A stretch of DNA of 64,000 nt from an uncultured Desulfospira sp. (lineage in GTDB: Bacteria; Desulfobacterota; Desulfobacteria; Desulfobacterales; Desulfobacteraceae). The stretch lies in contig OY760175.1 of the NCBI GenBank assembly GCA_963663165.1, positions 4,256,001 through 4,320,000 on the forward strand, written 5' to 3'. Positions 50,642 to 60,432 of this stretch are shown in pieces (position 1 is the first letter of the stretch; the number at the start of each line of letters is the position of its first letter). Under the pieces are notes generated by a model that was not told the DNA's origin, searched no databases, and worked only from the letters and a program-made list of their open reading frames with translations. The position numbers were made by a program, and so were the translations under genes.

Positions 50642-51612
50642 TTACGGGGTGATATGTTCCAGAAAAACCAGGGACGCGTCCTTGGCCGGCAGCCAGAGGC
50701 GATGGCCGCGAACCATGATTTCAACACTGCCCGGCGATGGTCCCCCGTTAACAATCTGGACAACAACTCCCGGGTTCAGCCCCAGCTTTTTCAAACGCCG
50801 CCGGGAAAAATGCCCCCCGTTGATCCGGGCGATGCATCCTTGTTTTCCCGGTGAAAGCCCCGCCAGGGGAATGGCTTCTCAGGAAAAAGGCCGATGGTCC
50901 GGCAGGGACTTGGTCTCCTTGCCGGCCGCCGTCCCTGTGGCCGGCCTCACCCAGATTTTGGCAGCCATGCCCGCACACAGGACCAGCCGGTTGCAGTCAG
51001 AGGCAATCACCACCTGTCCGCCGACACTGCTGGAGATCATCTCAACAATAATGCCCACCCGAAGTCCCATGGAGGCGAACCGCATCTGCATTTTTCTGCC
51101 GGCGCTGACGCTGACAATTTCTACCTTTTCCCCGGTTCGGGCCTTGGACAGGGGAATCTGGTCATCCCGCAGGGCCATGCACTGGCCGCAAAGGCCGTAG
51201 ATTTCCATTTTGTGCTGGAGCATGAAAAAGCCGTATTCCCGGGACAGCTTTTCCTGAAGGCTCTCCAGGGCGTCATCCTGAAATTCAATAATCGCCCCGC
51301 ATTTGGTGCAGATCATGTGGTCATGGTGGACCCCTAAATGCCGGTGTTCATATAAAATGGTGTCCCCCTGGTCAAACACCACCTGGCTGGCAAATCCATA
51401 CCGGCACAGCAGATCCATGCACTCTTCAAGAAAGTCATTGTCGGTATCAAGGCCGTCCTGTTTGACCTGGGCCGCAATATGAGAAAGGCTGACATGATCT
51501 TCAAGCTTTAAGAAGGATTCAAGGACCTGAAACCGCTGTTCAAACCGGCCCAGCCTCTCGTTGCCGAAAAGGCGTCGGAATTGTTCTTTTCCTGCTGATG
51601 CCGTTCCGGCAT
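50642..51612 (-). pseudogene. Fur-FeoA-FeoA fusion with an in-frame TGA (50879-50881) and an apparent 5' frameshift
   Basis: Fur motifs HHDHMICTKCG and GLCGQC, then FeoA, then TGA, then a second in-frame FeoA to TAA 50642. The RBS-spaced ATG 51612 (MPERHQQEK) is out of frame with EQFRRLF by one base. Confidence 0.7.
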
Positions 51613-51633
51613 ATGGGGTCATCCTCCTTTGGA

Positions 51634-51699
51634 TTTAATACGGCCCTGGCCTTTGGCCTGTCTGTGCTGACCTACCAGATCGGCTCGCTGTTGTTCTAA
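51634..51699 (+). pseudogene. C-terminal remnant of FeoB
   Basis: Reads FNTALAFGLSVLTYQIGSLLF*, resembling the last FeoB helix; no start codon. Confidence 0.55.
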
Positions 51700-51700
51700 G

Positions 51701-51770
51701 AGGGATTCAGGCTGAAGGGGGTTAGGGTTGCGCATCCCTTCAGTAGGGGCAATTCATGAATCGCCCCTAC
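51701..51770. repeat. Truncated CTGAAG-family repeat fused to a GTAG-type REP-like palindrome
   Basis: 51701-51743 is an inverse copy of the 4558 repeat; 51743-51770 is GTAGGGGCAATTCATGAATCGCCCCTAC. Confidence 0.75.
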
Positions 51771-51880
51771 GGCCGCCCCGGAAACACTGCACAACCAGTT
51801 TCCATAGATCAATCATTGACTCAATCAATTAAAATGTTAAGATAATCCATCTCATTGAATTCCCTTTTTTAGGAGATGGA

Positions 51881-53761
51881 TTGAAAAATAATCTTGCCAA
51901 AGAAAAAAAATCATCCCGTTTTCTTAGAATCCTCATTCCTTTATATACTTCTTATATTATTCTTCTTTTGAGTTTTTTCTTTGTGTTCATTTCTCAGCCG
52001 GACAAACCGCTGTTGAAGCCGCTTTTTGCCGGTATGCTTGGCGTTATCATCGGTGTTTCTTTTTATATTACCCGCCAGGTGTTGAGGGCTGAACGGCAGG
52101 GCAAGTTGGATGAAGTCCAGGGCAGGGAAAGCCAAACTGAGTTAAAAAAAATTCAGGAACGATATTGGCTGCTGGCCAAGGAGGCGACCAATACCATTGA
52201 AATTTTACAGCGGACCACGGAACTGATGCGGGAGGCCGGGCGAATCGCAAAAGTCGGGGGCTGGAGTGTTGATGTAAAAAGCGAGGCCATCATATGGTCC
52301 GATGAATTGAATACCATCCATGAAAGGGAGTCTGATTTTCCCCCGACCTTTGACGAAGTTAATCATTTTTTCGCCCCCGGGTGGCAGGAAAAAATTCACA
52401 ACGCCTACGAACTGTGTATTGCCGGGGGAAAAAGCCTTGATGAGGAATTTGAGATCATCACCACCACAGGAAAGCGCCGCTGGGTCCATGTCACCGGGGA
52501 GGCCGTAAGGGATGATTCAGGGAATATTATCCGTGTCATCGGGGCGCTTCAGGATATTTCAGAGCGGGTACAGGCGGATGAAGAAAGAAAAAAACTGGAG
52601 GAACACCTGGCCCAGGCAAGGAAAATGGAGGCCATTGGGATTCTGGCCGGCGGTATTGCCCATGATTTTAACAATATTCTTTCGGGCCTGATGGGGTTTA
52701 CGGATCTGGCAATGCTTGAGGCCCAAGACAATGAAGAGTTGAAAGAATACTTAACCCAGGTGTCTTCGTCCAGTTTAAGGGCCAGAGATCTGGTCCGGCA
52801 GATCCTGACCTTCAGCAGAGAGTCTGATACCAAAAAGCAGCCCATCATTATGAATCCCATGATCAAAGAATCTTTAAAATTCATCCGCGCCTCCCTGCCG
52901 GCCAGCATCGAAATTCAACGGGATTTAAGGATTGAACAGGCACAGGTCTTTGGGGATGCCACCCAGATATATCAAATTCTGATGAGCCTTTACACCAATG
53001 CCGGCCATGCCATGAAAGAAAAGGGCGGGGTGCTCAGGGTTACCCTGGACAGGGTTGAACCTGATGCGTCCCGGACCGGATATTTAGATGAAATCCCGGC
53101 GGAAAAGTTCATTGAACTGGTGATCTCTGATACCGGGTGCGGTATTCATGAAAAATATCTGGACCGGATTTTCGAACCTTTTTTTACGACCAAAGGGCGG
53201 CGGGAAGGAACGGGGATGGGACTGGCCACGGCATATGGGATCATCAAAGAGATGGGCGGCACCATATCCGTTGACAGTGACCTGGGCCTTGGCACCACCT
53301 TTAGAATTTTGCTGCCCGAGTACCATGAGGTCAGACCCTTGACCAAAGATGCAGACGCCATACTGGTCAGGGGCCGGGGCAATATTCTGGTGGTTGATGA
53401 TGAATCGCCAATTGCCGAAAGTGCCTGCGGGCTTTTAATCCGGCTGGGGTATTCAGCGGTGATGGAGACGGACAGCATGGCAGCCATTGAGAATGTAAAA
53501 AACAACCCCAACGGGTACGACCTGGTATTGACTGACATGACCATGCCCCGCCTGGATGGCTTTGAGGTGGCAAAACAGATCCATGGCATCAACCCGGATA
53601 TTCCCATTGTGCTGAGCACCGGGTTCAGCCATGAGATAAGCAAAGAAAAATGCACGTCAGCCGGTATTACCGATATGGTGATGAAGCCCATGACCGCCAG
53701 TGAACTCTCTGTGGCCATTGAAAAAGCAATGAACAAAAAACAAGAACAGGGGTCTGTATGA
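51881..53761 (+). CDS. Hybrid sensor histidine kinase (TM-PAS-HisKA-HATPase-REC)
   Basis: AGGIAHDFNN, DTGCGI, FEPFFTTK, GTGMGL, ILVVDDE, LTDMTMP. Confidence 0.93.
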   Translation: MKNNLAKEKKSSRFLRILIPLYTSYIILLLSFFFVFISQPDKPLLKPLFAGMLGVIIGVSFYITRQVLRAERQGKLDEVQGRESQTELKKIQERYWLLAKEATNTIEILQRTTELMREAGRIAKVGGWSVDVKSEAIIWSDELNTIHERESDFPPTFDEVNHFFAPGWQEKIHNAYELCIAGGKSLDEEFEIITTTGKRRWVHVTGEAVRDDSGNIIRVIGALQDISERVQADEERKKLEEHLAQARKMEAIGILAGGIAHDFNNILSGLMGFTDLAMLEAQDNEELKEYLTQVSSSSLRARDLVRQILTFSRESDTKKQPIIMNPMIKESLKFIRASLPASIEIQRDLRIEQAQVFGDATQIYQILMSLYTNAGHAMKEKGGVLRVTLDRVEPDASRTGYLDEIPAEKFIELVISDTGCGIHEKYLDRIFEPFFTTKGRREGTGMGLATAYGIIKEMGGTISVDSDLGLGTTFRILLPEYHEVRPLTKDADAILVRGRGNILVVDDESPIAESACGLLIRLGYSAVMETDSMAAIENVKNNPNGYDLVLTDMTMPRLDGFEVAKQIHGINPDIPIVLSTGFSHEISKEKCTSAGITDMVMKPMTASELSVAIEKAMNKKQEQGSV

Positions 53762-55167
53762 TTCGTGTGCTGATTGTTGATGACGACACTAAAATTTGTC
53801 TGTTTTTTGAGACCGTTCTTAAAAAAATGGGGTGTGACACATTTACCGCCAATAAGATAGCCGAAGCCACGGCGTTGAGCCAAAGCAACGATTTTGACAT
53901 TATCTTGCTTGATCTTGAACTGCCCGACGGCAATGGGCTGGATATCATGCCGGATCTGGTAAACCTGCCGTCATCCCCGGAAATCATTATCATTACCGGA
54001 ACCGGTGATGCCCGGGGCGCAGAGATCGCATTCAAGAACGGGGCATGGGATTTTGTGCAAAAGCCATTTCGCCTGGATGATGTGAGCCTTCCCATCCAAA
54101 GGGCCCTGCAGTATCGAAAGGAGAAGCTGGCGTCCCGTGAGCGGATCCTCTTGAAACGGTCCAAAATTATCGGGGAATCCGCTGCCCTTAAAAAATGCCT
54201 GGACGAAGTGGGCAAGGTCGCCTCCACCGATGCCAGTGTTTTGGTCACCGGCGAAACCGGAACCGGCAAGGAATTGTTTGCCAAGGCCATTCATGAGAAC
54301 AGCAACCGGGCATCCAAACCCTTTGTTGCCGTTGACTGCGGCTCTCTTACCGAAACCCTCATTGAAAGCACCCTTTTCGGGCATGAAAAAGGCGCATTTA
54401 CCGGGGCCGCATACAAACAGGAAGGCCTAATTCTACAGGCCGACGGCGGCACCTTAATGCTTGATGAAGTCGGTGACCTGCCCTTGTCCATTCAAAAGGC
54501 CTTGTTGAGAACCCTCCAGGAAAGGTCTGTCCGCCGTATTGGGGGGAAAAAAGAAATCAAAGTGGATATCCGCCTGATATCGGCGACCAATCTGAGTCTG
54601 GATCAACTGGTCAAAGAAAAAAAATTCAGGGAGGATTTCCTTTACCGGATACGGGCCATGGAAATTCGCCTGCCGCCGCTTCGGGACAGGGGAAAGGATG
54701 TTGAAGAGATTGTTATAAAAAAGATCCATGAGCTTTCAAACCGGTACAAGCTTGGTGCCAAGGCCGTATCCACGGAGCTTCTTGAAACGTTGATGTCAAA
54801 TCCCTGGCCCGGCAATATCCGGGAACTGCTCAATGTTCTGGAGTATATATTGGCGTCGGCCGGAAATGATCCCACCCTGGTTTCCAAGCATCTTCCGCCC
54901 AGCTACCGGCTTTCAAAATTAACTTTTGAAACCCCGGCGGTTCAGGAGAATGCCCGGCCCATGGTCGACAATGCCCTGGAGAGCGACCAGGGCTTTCCTT
55001 CGTTAAATGCCTGCCGGGAACAGCTTGAAAAAGATTACCTCAACCAGTTGATGGCCAAAGCCGGCGGCGACCGGAAAGAAGCCTGCCGGCTATCCGGCGT
55101 CTCTCAGGCCCGGCTGTATGCCCTGCTCAACAAGTATAACCTTCCCGGATTTGGGTCTTATCAATAG
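53758..55167 (+). CDS. sigma54-dependent NtrC-family response regulator
   Basis: REC domain, GETGTGKE, GAFTGA, LDEVG, WPGNIREL, Fis HTH. Confidence 0.94.
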   Translation: MIRVLIVDDDTKICLFFETVLKKMGCDTFTANKIAEATALSQSNDFDIILLDLELPDGNGLDIMPDLVNLPSSPEIIIITGTGDARGAEIAFKNGAWDFVQKPFRLDDVSLPIQRALQYRKEKLASRERILLKRSKIIGESAALKKCLDEVGKVASTDASVLVTGETGTGKELFAKAIHENSNRASKPFVAVDCGSLTETLIESTLFGHEKGAFTGAAYKQEGLILQADGGTLMLDEVGDLPLSIQKALLRTLQERSVRRIGGKKEIKVDIRLISATNLSLDQLVKEKKFREDFLYRIRAMEIRLPPLRDRGKDVEEIVIKKIHELSNRYKLGAKAVSTELLETLMSNPWPGNIRELLNVLEYILASAGNDPTLVSKHLPPSYRLSKLTFETPAVQENARPMVDNALESDQGFPSLNACREQLEKDYLNQLMAKAGGDRKEACRLSGVSQARLYALLNKYNLPGFGSYQ

Positions 55168-55250
55168 CGTTCAGGTGGTTAGGCTGAAGGCTGAAGATAT
55201 TTAGGGCGGAAAGCCCCTTCAGCCTAACCCCCTTCAGTCTAAATCCCTGC
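55167..55250. repeat. CTGAAG-family palindromic repeat
   Basis: GGTTAGGCTGAAGGCTGAAG...CCTTCAGCCTAACCCCCTTCAGTCTAAATCCC. Confidence 0.78.
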
Positions 55251-55316
55251 ATTATTACCTCACCCCTCTTTCCCAGCACCATCTTCACCCCTTTTAAACG
55301 CCCTGGCCCCATGGCT

Positions 55317-55332
55317 TGGCATGCTTTCTGCT
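55317..55332 (+). promoter_or_regulatory. sigma54 -24/-12 promoter
   Basis: TGGCATGCTTTCTGCT = GG-N10-GC. Confidence 0.55.
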
Positions 55333-55408
55333 AATTTGTCTACTATCGTTATCCAACATTGGAACGGCTGCAAGGTATGAATCAACACGAAAAAAGGAGT
55401 ATCCAGCA

Positions 55409-55807
55409 ATGAAAATAATTTTGCATGACCCGGAAGACAGTGAGTTCCAAAGCCGGTTACAGGCACGAATAGAAGAGGAATTCCCTGATGTACAGATTGT
55501 TCTAACCAACACCATACAGCATTTGTCAGAATCCTTATGCAGGCCGCTGCACAACGTTTCTGCGCTGATTGCATTTGTGACCGATTCAAACAGTATAACC
55601 CTTTTGTCTTCCCTGGTGCCGTTGTTCGAGAACACAAAGCTGATTTTGATATTCTGTAAGAAAATGGACGGGTTGGAAAAGTTCACATTCCTTTTAGAGC
55701 CGTTGTATGTCAGCTATCCTGAGAATAATTTTGAAGATATTATCTGGGTTCTTCAGCGCATAGAAGAAAAGCAGATGCGCTCAGGCAACCGGTTTAAAAT
55801 CAATTAA
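55409..55807 (+). CDS. Hypothetical protein (possibly a degenerate receiver-like fold)
   Basis: AAGGAG RBS before MKIILHD; alternating beta/alpha pattern. Confidence 0.6.
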   Translation: MKIILHDPEDSEFQSRLQARIEEEFPDVQIVLTNTIQHLSESLCRPLHNVSALIAFVTDSNSITLLSSLVPLFENTKLILIFCKKMDGLEKFTFLLEPLYVSYPENNFEDIIWVLQRIEEKQMRSGNRFKIN

Positions 55808-55963
55808 GGGGCATTTTTAAATGAAACCGATTTTTATTTCTTGGAAACGAGAAAGCAAATCGTTCTTGTTTTCAAGAAAGCAAATCGAATTAAACCGGCA
55901 TGAAAATGACTCAAATAAATATAACACGCTGTTTTTTAACGAAAATAAAAAATTTTCATCTGT

Positions 55964-55979
55964 TGGCATATCTCTTGCC
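55964..55979 (+). promoter_or_regulatory. sigma54 -24/-12 promoter upstream of the MCP
   Basis: TGGCATATCTCTTGCC = GG-N10-GC. Confidence 0.68.
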
Positions 55980-56038
55980 ATAATATGAAATGCATGCAGC
56001 CGAAAGTTTGAAAATAAACCCACAAGGGAGAAAACAAA

Positions 56039-58036
56039 ATGAAAAAAATGACTTTAAAAACAAAACTGATTATTGGTGGTGTTGTGGCCGCAATGCTTCC
56101 GCTGATTGTGGTCGGCCTTTTTGCCATATACGAATCATCATCCGCACTGGTCAGCAGTGCACAGGGGCAGGCAATGCTCGCCGCTCAAAATCTTTCCACC
56201 ATGGTCAACCTTTCCATGGCCCAGGAAATCGAAAAAGCCCAGACCATTGCAGCGGCCCCTGTTGTCCAGCAGGTGGCTGCAGGCACCGGGGCGGAAGATA
56301 CCGGCAACGCATCTTCTAAGGTGCGGGCTGCGGACTCGTATCTTTCCAATGTTTTCCAGAAGATTAAGAAAAATTACGAGGATATTATTATTGCAGATAT
56401 CTCCGGCGCGGTTGTCTCTGACGGCAATGGCGGCATCGCCAGGAAAAAAAATATAAATGTGGCGAACAGGCAATATTTTAAGTCGGCCAGATCAGGCAGC
56501 ATCTCTATCGGTGAGCCGGTTATTTCTAAAAAAACTGGTGAGCCGGTGTTTGTAGTGGCCGTTCCTTTACAAAACAGTTCGGGTTCTTTTGGTGGTATGT
56601 TGGGGCTGGTGGTCAAGTTCACGGCCCTGTCTGAAAAGATTACCCAGGTAAAAATCGGTGAGACCGGTTATCCTTTTATGGTGGGCAAAGACGGGCTGTT
56701 TATCGCTCATCCGGTAAAAGAGAACATATTTGAGATGAATATGGCGACCCTTAAGGGAATGGAGCGTATTGCGGACAAAGCCCTTGCCGGCAAATCCGAT
56801 GTTGAAAAATATCGGTTTAAAGGAATTGATAAAATTGCCGCTTTCGCACCGGTTACGGCCACGGGCTGGAGCCTTGTCGTCACCCAGAATGAATCGGAAT
56901 TCATGGCCCCTGTGGTCTCTATCCGGAATATTGTTCTTGTCGCCGCCGGCATCTTTCTGGTCCTTACCGTTTTGGCGGTCCTCTGGTTTGTCAAAGGAAT
57001 CATGGCACTGTTGGGCCATGACCCGTCTGAAATCGCCAAAGTGGCCAACCTGATTGCGGCAGGGGATTTGACATACGAATTCACAGAAGGCAAAAAACCC
57101 ATCACCGGTGTCTATGCCAGCATGAAGCAGATGACCGACAACTTAAAACAGATGTTTAAAGATATTTCTCAAGGGATTCAGACGCTGACATCCTCTTCCA
57201 CTGAGCTGTCCGCCGTGTCCCAGCAGATGACGGCCAATGCCGAACAGTCATCTGAAAAGGCCAACAGCGTGTCCTCTGCGGCAGAAGAGATGGCCACAGC
57301 CATGAACAGTGTGGCCGCCGCCACAGAGCAGACCAGCGCCAACCTGCAAATGATTGTGGCCGCAGCAGAAGAGATGTCTGCCACGATCAATGAGATTGCA
57401 TCCAATACCGCCAAGGGCAGCCAGACCACCGCCCAGGCCGTTGAAAAGGCCGAACATATTTCTCAGCGGGTAGATGCCCTGGGCCGGGCCGCCATGGAGA
57501 TCAGCAAGGTGACCGAAGCCATCGCCGATATTTCTGAGCAGACCAACCTCCTGGCATTGAACGCGACCATTGAAGCCGCAAGGGCCGGAGAAGCCGGTAA
57601 GGGGTTTGCGGTTGTGGCCGGTGAAATAAAAGCACTGGCAAAGCAGACCGCTCAGGCCACGGATGAAATCGGTATGAGAATCGGAGAGGTTCAGGCCACC
57701 ACCAGCGAATCTGTAGAAGCCATCAAATCCATCGTTGAAATTATTGGCGAAATCAATTCCATCGTTACCTCGGTTGCCGCAGCCATTGAAGAACAGTCCG
57801 CCACCACCGAAGAGATCTCCAATAATGTCAGCCAGGCGGCCATCGGTGTTCAGGAAGTCAATGAAAATGTGAACCAGACCTCTGCTGTGGCCGGTGAGGT
57901 GACAGAGGATGTCCACAATGTCAGCCGGTCCGCAGATGAAATCACCGGCGGCACCCTGCAGATCAACGAGAGCGCTTTAGAATTGTCCCGGTTGGCGGAA
58001 AGCCTTAACGAGATGGTCGGCCGGTTTCAATTGTAG
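56039..58036 (+). CDS. Methyl-accepting chemotaxis protein with dCache sensor
   Basis: Two TM segments, Cache motifs (RQYFK, IAHP), signalling tip [27 protein letters not shown]. Confidence 0.95.
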   Translation: MKKMTLKTKLIIGGVVAAMLPLIVVGLFAIYESSSALVSSAQGQAMLAAQNLSTMVNLSMAQEIEKAQTIAAAPVVQQVAAGTGAEDTGNASSKVRAADSYLSNVFQKIKKNYEDIIIADISGAVVSDGNGGIARKKNINVANRQYFKSARSGSISIGEPVISKKTGEPVFVVAVPLQNSSGSFGGMLGLVVKFTALSEKITQVKIGETGYPFMVGKDGLFIAHPVKENIFEMNMATLKGMERIADKALAGKSDVEKYRFKGIDKIAAFAPVTATGWSLVVTQNESEFMAPVVSIRNIVLVAAGIFLVLTVLAVLWFVKGIMALLGHDPSEIAKVANLIAAGDLTYEFTEGKKPITGVYASMKQMTDNLKQMFKDISQGIQTLTSSSTELSAVSQQMTANAEQSSEKANSVSSAAEEMATAMNSVAAATEQTSANLQMIVAAAEEMSATINEIASNTAKGSQTTAQAVEKAEHISQRVDALGRAAMEISKVTEAIADISEQTNLLALNATIEAARAGEAGKGFAVVAGEIKALAKQTAQATDEIGMRIGEVQATTSESVEAIKSIVEIIGEINSIVTSVAAAIEEQSATTEEISNNVSQAAIGVQEVNENVNQTSAVAGEVTEDVHNVSRSADEITGGTLQINESALELSRLAESLNEMVGRFQL

Positions 58037-58042
58037 ACAGGG

Positions 58043-58080
58043 CAAAGGCCTGCCGGCCAAAGGGTTGGCAGGCCTTTGTT
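58043..58080 (+). terminator. Strong hairpin between mcp and the cheA-like gene
   Basis: CAAAGGCCTGCC...GGCAGGCCTTTG 12-bp perfect stem. Confidence 0.6.
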
Positions 58081-58124
58081 GAAAAAACCGGGACTTAACG
58101 TGCCAACCGGTTCAGGAGAAAAAA

Positions 58125-59765
58125 ATGGAAAAATCGTCCAAGAAAGACAACTCGCCTGTCCAGGTCAACCGCAGCCTTCTGGAAAGTTTGATCTCCCTTG
58201 CAGGAGAACTGGTGCTGGGCCGAAACCAGCTGCTCCAGGGACTCAATGATTCCGATATGGAAACCATCACCCTGTCCGGGCAGAACATTGACCTGATCAC
58301 GTCCGAGATTCAGGATGTCATTATGCAGACCCGGATGCAGACCGTTGACAGCCTTTTTGAAAAGGTTTGCCGCAAATTTAGGGATCTGATGGCGTTTGAT
58401 CAAAAAAGCAAAGGGGTCTCCCTGGACAGAACCATCCTTGAGTCTGTTCATGAGCCATTGGATGCCCTGGTTGAAATTTTTATTAAGGCCCTTCAAACCG
58501 GCCAGGAAATCGAACCCCCAGGTGACCAGCGCATATGGCTCGGGGCGTTTCAGGATGCCGGCCAGGTCAATGTGGTCATCTCCTCGGATGCGGTTTCCAT
58601 TGAACCCGCTGATATTCCTGAAGCCATAACCGCTGCCGTAGAAGGGCTCGGGGGGGGGCTTGAAGTGGGCGCCATAAAGGATCACGGGGGGATGGTTTCC
58701 ATAAAACTGCCGTTGACCCTGGCCATTATCCCCAGCCAGATTATTTCCATTGGAGAAGAAAAATTTGTCATCCCCCAGACCAACCTGAGTGAACTGTTAA
58801 GGGTTCCGGCAGGCCAGGTTAAAGATAAAATTGAAAAAGTCGGGGACGCTGATGTCATAAGGCTTCGCGGAGAGTTGTTGCCGCTGCTCAACCTTTCCAG
58901 CCTGCTGGGTATTGAGAAAAAGTACATCAGCCCGGAAAATAAAACGGTCATGCCTGACCGGAGAAAAAATCTGGCGGACCGCCGTTCCAGAAAATATACC
59001 CCGGACGGTCATGTGATCGGTTCTGAAGAAACCAGTGATAAACCGGATATGCTCAACCGGGATCAGGCAGACCGGCGGCTGCAGGGATCAGGGGCAACCC
59101 ATATAGCGATTGTTTCTTCAGGCAATTATAAGTACGGGCTTGTGGTTGACCGGTTTCATGATTCTGAAGAAATTGTTGTCAAACCGGTGGGGCGCCATCT
59201 GCAGCCTTATAAGGCATATGCCGGGGCAACCATTATGGGCGATGGAAAGGTTTGCCTGATTCTTGATATCTTGAACCTGGCCCAGATGGCCGGGCTGTCT
59301 ACGGTGTCGGAATCAAAAGCGCTTTCCACCAGCCTGGTTCAAGAAGATGTACAGGAAGGACATAAAGAATCCATTGCATTGTTTAAAAATATGGAAACCG
59401 AATATTTTGCCGCGTCTTTCGACCATGTCCAGAGAATTGAACGATTCCCCACCACTGATATTGAAAAAATAGAAAACCAGAAGGTGATTCAATACCGGGG
59501 AAAATCCCTCCGGCTTTATGAAATTTCCCAGATAGCCGATGTCCTGCCCCTGCCTGAAAAAGAGCTTCAGGAGGTCATTGTGTTTCAAGTCAATGACAGG
59601 GAGTTTGGATTGATGGTGTCCGGGCCTGTGGACATTCTTGAACTTCACTTAAATGTTGATGAACAGCATTTTCAGCAACGCGGGATTAAAGGAACCATGA
59701 GCATTAACGGCCACACCACCCTGGTAATGGATGTTCTGGAAGCGGCCCAGGTTTTTTTTGGATAA
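58125..59765 (+). CDS. CheA-derived protein lacking Hpt, with a degenerate ATP-binding domain and two CheW-like domains
   Basis: P3 motif LLESL..LAGELVLGRNQL, KLPLTLAII, LRGELLPL, EEIVVKP, GATIMGDG; N-box and G-boxes missing. Confidence 0.82.
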   Translation: MEKSSKKDNSPVQVNRSLLESLISLAGELVLGRNQLLQGLNDSDMETITLSGQNIDLITSEIQDVIMQTRMQTVDSLFEKVCRKFRDLMAFDQKSKGVSLDRTILESVHEPLDALVEIFIKALQTGQEIEPPGDQRIWLGAFQDAGQVNVVISSDAVSIEPADIPEAITAAVEGLGGGLEVGAIKDHGGMVSIKLPLTLAIIPSQIISIGEEKFVIPQTNLSELLRVPAGQVKDKIEKVGDADVIRLRGELLPLLNLSSLLGIEKKYISPENKTVMPDRRKNLADRRSRKYTPDGHVIGSEETSDKPDMLNRDQADRRLQGSGATHIAIVSSGNYKYGLVVDRFHDSEEIVVKPVGRHLQPYKAYAGATIMGDGKVCLILDILNLAQMAGLSTVSESKALSTSLVQEDVQEGHKESIALFKNMETEYFAASFDHVQRIERFPTTDIEKIENQKVIQYRGKSLRLYEISQIADVLPLPEKELQEVIVFQVNDREFGLMVSGPVDILELHLNVDEQHFQQRGIKGTMSINGHTTLVMDVLEAAQVFFG

Positions 59766-59874
59766 CGGATAGGGCCGCCTTGGTTGTCCGGCCAAGAACC
59801 GCCAGCAACGAATGATGAAAGTCTCTTCAATATGTCAGTGAGGCTTTCATGCAAAAAGATAAAGAGGAGTCATC

Positions 59875-60327
59875 ATGCTTGACAATCAAAACCAGACCTT
59901 TTCCGGGACGGCTGAGATCTCTACCTTTTATATCGGTGACGCCGTATTGGGGATCAATATTTTAAACATCCAGGAAATCAACAAACCCTTTGAAATCACA
60001 GACGTTCCCCTGTCTTCTGACCATATTGAGGGGGTCATGAATTTAAGGGGAAACATTGTCACGGTATTGAACACCGGCCGGATCCTCGGGCTGCCCTGCG
60101 CAGACAGCAAGACAAATACCCGCATCATCATTGTTGAATCAAAGGGGGAATATATCGGCCTGATTGTGGATGCCATTGGAGATGTGGTGCCGGCCGATCA
60201 AAAGGATATAAAACCCACCCCCTCAAACATGGACCACATTAAGGAAGAATACTTTAGCGGGGTTTTGGAAAACAAAGACCAGCTCATCGGCATTCTGGAT
60301 GCTGAAAAGGTGATGGTGTATCAGTAA
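59875..60327 (+). CDS. cheW: Chemotaxis coupling protein CheW
   Basis: IQEI, T.VP, GVMNLRGNIVTV, GLIVD.I. Confidence 0.92.
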   Translation: MLDNQNQTFSGTAEISTFYIGDAVLGINILNIQEINKPFEITDVPLSSDHIEGVMNLRGNIVTVLNTGRILGLPCADSKTNTRIIIVESKGEYIGLIVDAIGDVVPADQKDIKPTPSNMDHIKEEYFSGVLENKDQLIGILDAEKVMVYQ

Positions 60328-60432
60328 ACCCGGGAGATCGAAAACGGGAGACCGGAGACCGGATATTACAAAACCTTCAGGTCTGAGCATCCGGTCTCCG
60401 CTACACTGGAGATGAACTTCTAACTTGACTTC

